A DNA stretch of 64,000 nucleotides from contig CANJJT010000006.1 in the NCBI GenBank assembly GCA_947474715.1, forward strand, positions 12,588 through 76,587, written 5' to 3'. Of the stretch, positions 9,318 through 18,232 are shown one piece after another. Each line of letters starts with the position of its first letter. Position 1 is the first letter of the stretch. Position numbers and translations under genes: made by a program. Origin of the DNA: Betaproteobacteria bacterium (GTDB taxonomy: Bacteria > Pseudomonadota > Gammaproteobacteria > Burkholderiales > SG8-39). The notes beneath the pieces are model-generated. The model made no database searches. It saw only the letters and a list, made by a program, of their open reading frames with translations, and was not told the DNA's origin.

Positions 9318-9645
9318 TGCGTATCCACTCGATGTCCCGGCCTTGTTCGTCGCCCAGCAGTACCACATCGAAGCGGCAGGGTGATGAGGGCCGGCGCGCG
9401 AGATAGAGTTGCGCGGCGGCGGTCAGCCTCGCCTGCTTGCGACGGTCTATGCTGGCTGCTGCACCGCCGAAACGGGCAGAGGAGCGCAGCCGCACCTCCG
9501 CTATAACGATCACCGGGCCGTCCTGGAGGACAAGGTCGAGTTCGCCGAAGCGGCAATGCCAGTTGCGCTCGATCACGCGCAGCCCCTGGCGCTCCAGCCA
9601 GGCGGCGGCCAGGGCCTCGGCGGCGGCACCCTGGGTGCGGCTCAT
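9301..9645 (-). CDS. yraN: YraN family protein (UPF0102, PD-(D/E)xK-like)
   Basis: MSRTQGAAAEALAAAWLERQGLRVIERNWHCRFGELDLV...VIAEVRLR is the typical YraN pattern. ATG at 9645 is preferred over the listed 9858. Confidence 0.85.
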   Translation of the reverse strand: MSRTQGAAAEALAAAWLERQGLRVIERNWHCRFGELDLVLQDGPVIVIAEVRLRSSARFGGAAASIDRRKQARLTAAAQLYLARRPSSPCRFDVVLLGDEQGRDIEWIRNAFQF

Positions 9646-9856
9646 GCCGGAGCAGAATGAAAAACGGGTGCCTGCCGATCCATGCAGCGATCTTTCACGA
9701 GGCGGTAACCCGGTTATGGTAGCGCCACTGCGCGCGCAGGTGGTGTGGGCAAGCGGAGCAGGTTGTTGACGAGGTGGCGAGACGGCGTAGCGCACCTGAT
9801 GGTGAGCAGGCCGGATCTGGCCGGGACGGGCTGGCAGCCTCCAGCCCGTAAACGAC

Positions 9857-9902
9857 AAATCCCTCCGAAGAGGGATTTGCGAAAGCCGCTTGAAAGCGGC
9901 TT
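9857..9902 (-). terminator. tandem hairpin terminators downstream of the pilin gene
   Basis: Two perfect hairpins, aagccgct-tgaa-agcggctt (9883-9902) and aaatccctc-cgaa-gagggattt (9857-9878), lie immediately 3' of the pilin stop on the minus strand. Confidence 0.7.
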
Positions 9903-9908
9903 AGTGGC

Positions 9909-10325
9909 TTAGCGGCAGGTGGCCGGCATGTAGCGGGCCGGGGTACCGGCGCAGGACCAGGTGATGGTGCCCGTTGCGGTGTCCGCCGTTGGCGTGACCG
10001 TGATCGTCACGGCTGCGCCGGTGGAAGACGATGTGTTGCTGCCGATGACGGTGACGATGCCCACGTCTGAAACGGTGGCGCCGGCGATCTTGCCCACCAC
10101 GTTGATGGTGACACCTACGCCCATGGAACTGGTGGCGCTGGGATCGGACTGCAGCTTCTCGGCAATCGCGGTGCGCGCGCTGGATGCGGCCAGGATCAGT
10201 TCCGAGACCTTCGCCCGGATGGTGTAGTCCTGATAGGCGGGCAGGGCGACAGCTGCCAAGATGCCGATGATCGCGACTACGATCATCAGTTCGATCAGCG
10301 TAAAGCCCTTCTGTACGAATTTCAT
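9909..10325 (-). CDS. type IV pilin (PilA/PilE-like major pilin)
   Basis: [34 protein letters not shown] prepilin leader with the N-methyl-Phe motif, and a C-terminal Cys pair (WSCAG...ATC). ATG at 10325. Confidence 0.9.
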   Translation of the reverse strand: MKFVQKGFTLIELMIVVAIIGILAAVALPAYQDYTIRAKVSELILAASSARTAIAEKLQSDPSATSSMGVGVTINVVGKIAGATVSDVGIVTVIGSNTSSSTGAAVTITVTPTADTATGTITWSCAGTPARYMPATCR

Positions 10326-10382
10326 GTTTGATCCCTTTGTACTTTGTGATCGGTCCACGGAGTGGGCCGTGGTTCCTTGCTA

Positions 10383-10398
10383 GCAAACATCAGGCCCG
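10383..10398 (-). promoter_or_regulatory. candidate sigma-54 (-24/-12) promoter for the pilin gene
   Basis: The minus strand reads cGGGCCTGatgtTTGCT versus the consensus YTGGCACGrNNNTTGCW (GG and TTGC correctly spaced), about 55 nt upstream of the pilin ATG. Confidence 0.35.
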
Positions 10399-10489
10399 TT
10401 GCGTCATTTCCATGTCAGTTGGGCAAGCTGCTGGAAACGTTCACTATATTGGGGCGGGGAAGGAGCGCGGCGGGGTGCTTGCCAAATTC

Positions 10490-10506
10490 GGGTCACAATG
10501 TGACCC
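10490..10506. promoter_or_regulatory. perfect 8-1-8 palindrome GGGTCACA-A-TGTGACCC upstream of the pilin gene
   Basis: Read directly. It lies about 165 bp upstream of the pilin start, a position compatible with an enhancer-binding-protein or other operator site. Confidence 0.35.
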
Positions 10507-10621
10507 CAGAGGGCATATCAGCCTGCCGGCGCAGGGCCGTCCTTTCCCGCCCGAATGGGGGCCAGGCCGCCAGGCATAAGGCCTGAATGCCTGTGGCAGC
10601 GGGGGATTCTCCCTCCCTTCT

Positions 10622-11665
10622 TCAGATGGAAAGCCGGTATTCCCGTGCCGCCGTGTCGTGGTACATCGCGGCCTTTTCCGCGGCCGAACAGCCTGCGGTG
10701 ATGCGCTTGAGCGCGTTCCACAGCACGTCATAGCCGCAGGTGTTCTTGTCCACCGGGTAATTGCTTTCCATCATGCAGCGATCCGGACCGAAAGCCTCGA
10801 TGCAGAATTCGATATACGGTTTCCAGGCTGCAGCCAGCGCCTCCGAGGAGGGCGGCTTTGCGCGCAGGTGGAAATCCCAGCCGCAGCGCGGCATGCCCAG
10901 GCCCCCGACCTTGCAGGTAATGTTGGGGCGGCGGGCCAGCTCGCGGATGTGCACGCTCCAGACCTTGAACACCTCTTCGCGCTTTCCCTCGTAGGGCTCG
11001 ATGCCGAGCAGGCCGCCGACATGGTTGAGGATCATCGGCACTTCGGGGAAGGCATCGGCGAGGTCAGCCAGTTCCGGCAGCTGTGGGTGGAACAGCCAGG
11101 CATCGAATGACAGGTTCAGCGCCTGCAGGCGAGCCAGTCCCTGGCGAAAGGCCGGGTCGAGTGCCAGATGACGCACCTGATGCGGGGCGAACTTCGCATT
11201 GCCGACATCCCAGGCCATGCCGTGGCGGATCCCGCGCAGCCGGCCGTTGCCCGCGGCCATCAGCGCTTCGAGCACCGGCTGCACCCTGTCCCCCAGCGTC
11301 AGGTCTGCATAGCCGACGATGCCGGCACACAGTTTCGCCTTGCCGAAACGGCCGCTGGCGCTCATGGCCGCAATGCCGTTGACGAACTCGACTTCGCCCA
11401 CCGGCTTCATTTCTTCGGGACCGTCGGCGCGATACTGGTTCGGCCCTGTCTGCACGAATACCGTTGCCACAACGTTGTGGCCACCATGGACGTCGGCCGA
11501 CAACTCGTCGATCAGGTAGCAGCCGCGATTGTCATGCCACACATGGTGGTGGGGATCGATGATGGGCAGTTCCGGCTCGAGAGCCGCCTCACGGCCCAGT
11601 CTTGTCCAGCTGTCCAGTTCAGCCAGGGTTCTCAATGTCGTTCGGAGCGGTTCATTGGCAGCCAT
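10622..11665 (-). CDS. amidohydrolase family protein (amidohydrolase_2 / metal-dependent hydrolase)
   Basis: PIIDPHHHVW metal-binding H-x-H motif. ATG at 11665 (MAANEPL) is preceded by the purine-rich SD ggaagaggaaga. The listed longer N-terminus is unlikely. Confidence 0.8.
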   Translation of the reverse strand: MAANEPLRTTLRTLAELDSWTRLGREAALEPELPIIDPHHHVWHDNRGCYLIDELSADVHGGHNVVATVFVQTGPNQYRADGPEEMKPVGEVEFVNGIAAMSASGRFGKAKLCAGIVGYADLTLGDRVQPVLEALMAAGNGRLRGIRHGMAWDVGNAKFAPHQVRHLALDPAFRQGLARLQALNLSFDAWLFHPQLPELADLADAFPEVPMILNHVGGLLGIEPYEGKREEVFKVWSVHIRELARRPNITCKVGGLGMPRCGWDFHLRAKPPSSEALAAAWKPYIEFCIEAFGPDRCMMESNYPVDKNTCGYDVLWNALKRITAGCSAAEKAAMYHDTAAREYRLSI

Positions 11666-11928
11666 TCTTCCTCTTCCTTTCTTGTTGTCGTTCCTCGCCA
11701 TCGGTTCGGGCATGGCACTGCCGGCCCTGGTCGTGTTCTCGTTGGTGGGCCGCAGGTTAAGTGAGGGGCAGCGCGTGGTCAATTGCGTGCGGGGCTTGAC
11801 GCACGGGATGGCGATGGGCGGAACGCGATTTACAGCCTGTTTGAATTCTGTCATTCTCGCCGCCACCCCGGGGCACCGGAGTGCAACAACAATCAATCAT
11901 GCGGCGCGAGCAGCGCAGGAGGGGCAGC

Positions 11929-13191
11929 ATGTCGGCGGTGCATGACAAGGCAGGCAACGGTGCCGCAGCAATTGCGCCATCCGGCGATCAGACCAGCACC
12001 TGGCGCGCGCCCAGCTCGGCCGGCCCGCGCGTGTTGCGCAGCATCCTGTCTCTGGATGATTTCGAGGCGCCGGCGCGACGCTACATCCCGCGGCCCATCT
12101 TCGGCTATGTGGTGGCCGGGGCCGATACCGGTTCTTCCATACGCGCCAATCGAGCGGCGTTCGAAGAGCTGTCCTTTGTGCCCAGGGTGCTGGTGGGCAC
12201 ATCGGGACGTCAGCAGAAGGCCACACTGTTCGGTCACACCTACGATTCGCCCTTCGGTTTTTCGCCCATGGGCGGGGTGAGCCTGGCCGCCTACCAGGGT
12301 GACCTGGTGCTGGCGCGGGTGGCTGCGCGCAACAACCTACCCATGATCCTTAGCGGTGCGGCACTGACCACGCTGGAAGCGGTGCGCCGCGAAGGAAAGA
12401 CAGCCTGGTTCCAGGCCTACCTGCCCGGGGACGAGGCCGCCATACGCAAGCTGATCCAGCGCGTGAAGGATGCCGGCTACGAGACCCTGGTGGTGACGGT
12501 GGATGTTCCGGTTGCCTCCAATCTGGAAGTGGGTGTGCGCAGCGGCTTTCGCAAGCCCTTCGAGCCCAGCCTGCGCCTGGCCTGGGACGGCATCACCCGC
12601 CCACGCTGGTTGTTCGGCATGTTCCTGCGCACCCTGCTGCTGCATGGCATGCCGCATGTGGAGAACATGACCTCGCCGCGTTCGCCCATGATCTCCTTTG
12701 GCGGCGGGCGCGAGCGCGGGCACCTCGACCGTCTCAACTGGGATCACCTGAAGCTGGTGCGCGACCTCTGGCCCGGCAACCTGGTGGTGAAGGGCATACT
12801 GAACAGGGCCGATGCGGCGTGCGCGAGCGCTGCCGGTGTCAACGGCATCATCGTTTCCAACCACGGCGGCCGCCAGCTGGATGGCTCGATATCTCCCATC
12901 CGCGTGCTGCCCGGCATCGTCGCTGAAGCCGGTGACATGACAGTCATGCTGGACAGCACCGTGCGCCGCGGCACCGACGTGTTGAAGGCTCTCGGCCTGG
13001 GCGCGAAATTCGTCTTCTTCGGCCGGCCGGCCCTGTATGCCGCGGCGGTTGCCGGCGAGGCCGGCGTCCAGCACGCCATCAAGCTCATGCACGATGAGAT
13101 CCATCGCGACATGGGCCTGATCGGCATCAACAGCCTGGCGGAGATGACGCGCGAGCGGCTGCGGCGGACCCGGGACTTTGACGGATTCTGA
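11929..13191 (+). CDS. FMN-dependent alpha-hydroxy acid dehydrogenase/oxidase (LldD/mandelate dehydrogenase family)
   Basis: SLDDFEAPARRYIPRPIFGYV and IIVSNHGGRQLD motifs. ATG at 11929 follows AGGAGG at the correct spacing. Confidence 0.85.
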   Translation: MSAVHDKAGNGAAAIAPSGDQTSTWRAPSSAGPRVLRSILSLDDFEAPARRYIPRPIFGYVVAGADTGSSIRANRAAFEELSFVPRVLVGTSGRQQKATLFGHTYDSPFGFSPMGGVSLAAYQGDLVLARVAARNNLPMILSGAALTTLEAVRREGKTAWFQAYLPGDEAAIRKLIQRVKDAGYETLVVTVDVPVASNLEVGVRSGFRKPFEPSLRLAWDGITRPRWLFGMFLRTLLLHGMPHVENMTSPRSPMISFGGGRERGHLDRLNWDHLKLVRDLWPGNLVVKGILNRADAACASAAGVNGIIVSNHGGRQLDGSISPIRVLPGIVAEAGDMTVMLDSTVRRGTDVLKALGLGAKFVFFGRPALYAAAVAGEAGVQHAIKLMHDEIHRDMGLIGINSLAEMTRERLRRTRDFDGF

Positions 13192-13329
13192 GACGGGTTT
13201 TGCTGACTGTTCCGGGCAGGCCACCGGCGGTGCAGTGCTGGTCATTCACTATTTCAGTCGCGCCATTGCCTTGGGCAGTGGATAGAACAAGCGGCGGCCG
13301 GGAAAACAGAGAGTCGAAAAGGAGGTTTC

Positions 13330-14355
13330 ATGCAGCAGCATCTCGAGACAACGCTTCCGCGCATTGATGTTCGTTGGAAATGGACATCACGAATGGTTTT
13401 GCTGCCAGCCCTGATGATGACGGCGTTGGCGTGGGCTGCCCCGACCTGGGCACAAGGCTACCCTGCCCGTCCCATCCGGCTGGTGGTGCCCTTTCCGCCC
13501 GGCGGTGCCATCGATATCGTCGGGCGTATCGTCGCCCAGGGATTGGCCCCGCGCGCCGGCCAGTCGGTGCTGGTCGAAAACCGTGCCGGGGCGGGCGGGC
13601 TGGTCGGTGCGGAAGCCGTGACCAAAGCCCCGGCCGACGGCTACACCCTGTGCTTTTGCAGCGCCGGCAGCGTCATTACCGGACCGCTGATTGCTGCCCG
13701 GCCGCCCTATGATCCACGCCGCGATTTCGCGCCGGTATCGCTGGTTGCATCGGTGCCCTATCTGGTATTGGCTCACCCGGTGGAGGGGCCGCGCAACATC
13801 GCAGAATTGCTGGCGCGAGCCCGCCAGAATCCGGGGGCGCTGAATTACGGATCGGCGGGTGTGGGTAGCACCTCGCACCTGGCGGGGGCCTTGTTCGTGT
13901 CCGCGGCCGGGGTCGATGTGGTGCATGTGCCGCACAAGGGCAGCGCCCAGGCGGCCGCCGAGTTGATGGCAGGCCGACTGCAATTCGTCTTCGAGGCGGT
14001 GGGCGGCAGCGTCCAGTACACCCAGGCAGGACGTTTGCGAGGCATCGGCATCAGCAACCTGAAGCGCTCCCCCATGCTGCCTGAGATCCCGACCATTGCA
14101 GAGCAGGTCCCGGGTGGCTTCGAATTGAACGTGTGGCATTCGGTGATGGCGCCAGCCGCCACGCCCCGCAGTGTCATCGACTGGCTGAACCGCGAGATTG
14201 CCGGAGTCATCGGCACGGCCGAGGTGCGCGAGCGCTTTGCGGCGGCGGGCGCCGAGCCCAGCCCAAGCACACCGGAGCAGTTGCGCGAGCGGGTCGAGCG
14301 TGAACTCGCGCGCTGGGAGCCCGTCCTCACCAGACTCGGCCTGCGCGAAAAATAG
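13330..14355 (+). CDS. Bug family (TctC-like) tripartite tricarboxylate transporter substrate-binding protein
   Basis: Signal peptide, then YPARPIRLVVPFPPGG...NRAGAGG...YGSAGVGSTSHL...VHVPHKG Bug-family motifs, and an SD of aaaggagg. Confidence 0.9.
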   Translation: MQQHLETTLPRIDVRWKWTSRMVLLPALMMTALAWAAPTWAQGYPARPIRLVVPFPPGGAIDIVGRIVAQGLAPRAGQSVLVENRAGAGGLVGAEAVTKAPADGYTLCFCSAGSVITGPLIAARPPYDPRRDFAPVSLVASVPYLVLAHPVEGPRNIAELLARARQNPGALNYGSAGVGSTSHLAGALFVSAAGVDVVHVPHKGSAQAAAELMAGRLQFVFEAVGGSVQYTQAGRLRGIGISNLKRSPMLPEIPTIAEQVPGGFELNVWHSVMAPAATPRSVIDWLNREIAGVIGTAEVRERFAAAGAEPSPSTPEQLRERVERELARWEPVLTRLGLREK

Positions 14356-14418
14356 CGCTGCGCCTGGTCTGCGGATGCGCCGACCCATCCGAACATAAAA
14401 ACGATATTCAAGGGGTGC

Positions 14419-15486
14419 ATGATGAAAAGAGCGTCAAGGGGCTATCTGTTCGCAGGGGCAGGATATGGCAAAGCGCGTGATGGGTCCGCGTTGCGCGGGG
14501 GACTGTTCCGCATCGATCGCGCCGACGGCAGTGTCACCGAGGTGACGGCCGGCCTGCCGCCCCTGGCCGAGGCTCGCGCCTTCGCCATCGCACTGGGGGA
14601 TCCCGATCATGTGTTTGCGGGCACCCAGGATGGACCCTACCGCAGTCAGGATGCCGGCGGGCACTGGGAACGCATGAATTTCCCGGTGCGCAATGCCCAG
14701 ATATGGTCGCTGGTGTTCCATCCCGCGCGTCCGGATGTCATGTTCGCAGGGGCCGCGCCGGTGGCGATCTACCGTAGCGATGACGCCGGACGCTCATGGC
14801 GGCATCTGGACGGGGTCGTGTCCCCCGAGCATTGCCCCATGCGCTTTCCGACCCGGGTGACCGGCATCGCCCTGGACCGCGCGCGTCCCGACGACATCTT
14901 TGCCGCCCTCGAGGTGAGCGGCGTGATCGTCAGCCGCGATGGTGGCCAGACCTGGGCGGATGTCTCCGCGCCCTTGATCAAGCTGGCCGAGCAGCCCCAC
15001 CTGATGAGCCGCGAAAGCAGCGAGCGGGATGATTCGGGGATGCTCGACTCGCATACCATCGTGGTCAATGGTGGAACGGCACTGCTGGGCGTGCGCATGG
15101 GCATCTTTGCCACGCCTGATCATGGTACGAGCTGGATGGATTTCGGCATCGGGCAATTTTCCGCCCCCATGAATTACTGCCGCGACCTCATCGTCTGTCC
15201 GCATGATCCGCAGGTCATGTATGCCTGCCAGTCGGCCTCTTCTCGCGGCACGGTGGGGTCCCTCTATCGCACTGCCGATGCGGGGCGTACCTGGACGCGC
15301 ATCGATCATGGATTCACCGCGCGGGCCACCATGATGAGCGTGGCTGTGGACCCGGTCGATCCGGCGCGCATCGTGTGCGCTTCGCGCTGTGGCCAGGTGT
15401 TCGAGACCTGCGACACCGGCGCAAGCTGGCGCGAATACGCCTTGCCCGAGGGCGTGCACGATGTCTACGCGGTGGCCTGTCTCTGA
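14419..15486 (+). CDS. Asp-box (BNR) repeat beta-propeller protein, sialidase/Ycf48-like fold
   Basis: Six S/T-x-D-x-G-x-(T/S)-W type Asp-boxes: SQDAGGHW, SDDAGRSW, SRDGGQTW, TPDHGTSW, TADAGRTW, TCDTGASW. Confidence 0.7.
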   Translation: MMKRASRGYLFAGAGYGKARDGSALRGGLFRIDRADGSVTEVTAGLPPLAEARAFAIALGDPDHVFAGTQDGPYRSQDAGGHWERMNFPVRNAQIWSLVFHPARPDVMFAGAAPVAIYRSDDAGRSWRHLDGVVSPEHCPMRFPTRVTGIALDRARPDDIFAALEVSGVIVSRDGGQTWADVSAPLIKLAEQPHLMSRESSERDDSGMLDSHTIVVNGGTALLGVRMGIFATPDHGTSWMDFGIGQFSAPMNYCRDLIVCPHDPQVMYACQSASSRGTVGSLYRTADAGRTWTRIDHGFTARATMMSVAVDPVDPARIVCASRCGQVFETCDTGASWREYALPEGVHDVYAVACL

Positions 15487-15544
15487 TCGCTACAGGACGA
15501 GTTTGTGCGTGCCGGGCCTGTTGCGATTACGGTTTCGTCGCCGC

Positions 15545-16552
15545 TCAGTCTGGCTGCACGTTGCCGCGCTTGAACAGGTCGGCCAGCGTCGTCATTTCGC
15601 GGCGCACGAAGGTGCCATAGTCAGTCGGGCTGCTGCCGACGATGATGGCGCCCAGGTCATTTACCTTCTTCGCGATGTCGGGTTTCTTCAGTGCGGCGAC
15701 GGCGGCGCGATTGAGCACGCCGATGCTGGCCTCGGGGGTCTTCGTCGGCACCATCAGGCCGAGCGAATTGGCGAAGTCGATGTCCTTGATCCCCAGTTCG
15801 GCCAGCGTGGGCAGGTCGGGCATGAGGGGCAGTTTCTGCACGCTGGTAAGAGCCAGGGCCCGCACCAAACCCTGCTTGATGGGCGGGACCGCGGTGAGCG
15901 AGGGGGCGAAATAGGCCTGCACCTGGCCCGCGATGATGGCCTGCAGCGCTGGGCCGCCGCCCTTGTAGGGCACGTGCACGATGTCCACATCAGCCACACG
16001 CTTGAAGATTTCCGCGGGGATGAAGGCCGAGGTGCCGGAACCAGGCGAGGAATAGTTGATGGTGCCGGGTTTGGCCTTGGCGAGCTTGATGAACTCGGCC
16101 ACGCTGTTCACCGGCAGCGATGGATGCACCACCAGCACATGCGGGGTGAGCGCAAGCTGGGTCACCGGCGCCAGGTCACGGGCGAGGTCGTAGCCGAGGT
16201 TCTTGTACAGGCTGGCATTGGCCGATAGCGTGGTGCTCACCGCGAGCATGGTGTAGCCGTCAGCGGCTGAGCGCGCCACGAATTCGGCGCCCAGGTTGCT
16301 GGAGGCTCCGGCGCGGTTGTCGACGATGACCTGCTGGTTCAGGGCTTCGGTCATGCCCGATGCCACCAGGCGGCCCATGATGTCCCCGCCCGAGCCCGGG
16401 CTGTCGGGCACGACATAGCGAACCACCTTGCTCGGAAAAGTCTGACCGAAGGTGGCTGGCGCCAACAGGGCCATGCTGCAACCCAGTACCAAAGAACGAA
16501 GCAAGGGCAATGAGGGTCGCGAAAACCACTGGAACAATGAATATGGCTGCAT
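15545..16552 (-). CDS. Bug family (TctC-like) substrate-binding protein
   Basis: FPSKVVRYVVPDSPGSGGD...NRAGASSNLG...YSSPGSGTSAF...VHVPYKGGGPA motifs. Confidence 0.9.
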   Translation of the reverse strand: MQPYSLFQWFSRPSLPLLRSLVLGCSMALLAPATFGQTFPSKVVRYVVPDSPGSGGDIMGRLVASGMTEALNQQVIVDNRAGASSNLGAEFVARSAADGYTMLAVSTTLSANASLYKNLGYDLARDLAPVTQLALTPHVLVVHPSLPVNSVAEFIKLAKAKPGTINYSSPGSGTSAFIPAEIFKRVADVDIVHVPYKGGGPALQAIIAGQVQAYFAPSLTAVPPIKQGLVRALALTSVQKLPLMPDLPTLAELGIKDIDFANSLGLMVPTKTPEASIGVLNRAAVAALKKPDIAKKVNDLGAIIVGSSPTDYGTFVRREMTTLADLFKRGNVQPD

Positions 16553-16693
16553 GTCTTCCTCCTTGTGATGGCGCAGGCTGGATCAGATGCGTCCGCCTTC
16601 TTTGTTGGTGACACGGACAGGCCGGACTGTCTTTGCGCATCATAGCGGTTTATGGAACACCGCTACTGCGGTATCGTCCGTGGCTGGCCTCGG

Positions 16694-17969
16694 TCAGGGC
16701 GGGGTGGATTCGGACGTGGCGGGGGGCGCCGCCGCGGGATCGGCAAAAATGGCCATCACCGGTTCCCGCTGTATCGCGGCGCCACTGCCATCGCCGGGGA
16801 TGCTCAGCTGCAGCCGGCCGGTCACGCCATCCAGCTCGATCGGGTTGCGCCCCTGCATCAGTGCGTCGGCCATGCGGCAGGCATCGATGCCCAAGGCATG
16901 GAAGCGCTGCAATTCGGGCCTGGCATAGACTGGACGCGGGTAGACCATAACTGCGGGATGGTCGGCCTGTATCATCCAGGGCATGTCGACAAAGCGTATG
17001 CCCCGGAGGTCCACATTCGCCCCCGCATCCTGACGCGCGTCATTCACCATGGAGGTGGCGTAGATGGCCGCACTGCTGCCCAGGTAAGGGCGCATGTGCC
17101 GGGCGCCAGTGCCATCGGCGCTGAGGAAGACCATGTCGACTTCGCCGTCCGCGATGCGCGACTTGAGCCGGCCAAAAGGGTTTGCGGCAGGGCCGGCCGC
17201 GTCGCTGGTGCTGCTGATGTCCTCGGCGTCAACGATGCGCCCCCCCCAGCGCCAGCCACTCCGCTGCAAAGGCCTGGCTGGTTCTGCGCGCGAGCGCATG
17301 CGTGGCCTGCACGACGTAGGCGGTGCGTGCCTTGTCGGCCCAGGCCATGCGTGCAACCGCACGCGCCTCCTGTTCCATCACCAGGCCGAAGGTGTAAAAG
17401 CGCAGTGGCAGCGCACCGGCTTCTTCCGATGCATTCAGCGTAATCGTAAGCGGCGGGCGGGCAATGCTGTCGGACGTGGCAGAGGCGGGGAAGCTGGCTC
17501 GATTGACAGGCGAGCGCGCCAGCTGTGCCGCAAGGGCCGACACCGCGTCGCGGGTGAGCGGGCCGATGATCACGGCCGCATCGCGTTCGGCGGCTGCCGT
17601 CCACGCGGCGGTGATGCCGGCCGGATCGGCGTTGGTGCGGGCAATGTCCAGGCGCGTCCCGTTACCGGACAGTGACAGCGCGGCTTCGCAGCCTTTCTGG
17701 ATGGCGGTCGCGGGTACCTGGAACGCCGCGGCGTCCAGCGGCAGCAGCAGGGTCACCATCGGAGCGGACATTGCGCCCGGCGTCAGACTCAACATGGGGG
17801 CCGACATCGGGGATACCATCGGTGCTGCTGGTGCAAGGCTTGCCGGCTGCGCCACTGCGTGCAAGGGCAGCCAGAGTAGCCAGAGTAGCGCGCACCATGA
17901 CAGCAACGATGGCCATGGCGGCAGCGACACGGGCTGCTGTTGCCGTGCAGGTCGCGGGGCGGCCTGCAC
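16694..17969 (-). pseudogene. lpoA: penicillin-binding protein activator LpoA-like (YraM/LppC family), interrupted by a +1 frameshift in a G8 run
   Basis: ORFs 17229..17969 (N-terminal part) and 16694..17362 (C-terminal part) join into one reading frame if one G is removed from the C8/G8 run at 17240-17247 (EWLALGG|RIVDAEDI). The locus is divergent from rsmI, as in E. coli yraL/yraM. Confidence 0.6.
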
Positions 17970-18232
17970 GGGCGCACAGGAGTGGCGCCATTTTTTCTAT
18001 ACAGCCTCCAGGCAGACACGCAGGGCGACACTAGTGTTCCGAATCGCAAATTCGCCGAATCAAAGCGCCGAGAATCGCCGCCACACGGATACGGCGTTGC
18101 AAATGCTCGCCAGCCAGCCAGGCTTGCTCCGCTTTGCGCCTTGTCTGGCACCGACTTCGGCACTTTCCCGACGGATGTCGACTTATGCATGCCAAATCAG
18201 AATTCAACGAACTTACGATTCGGGACACCAGC

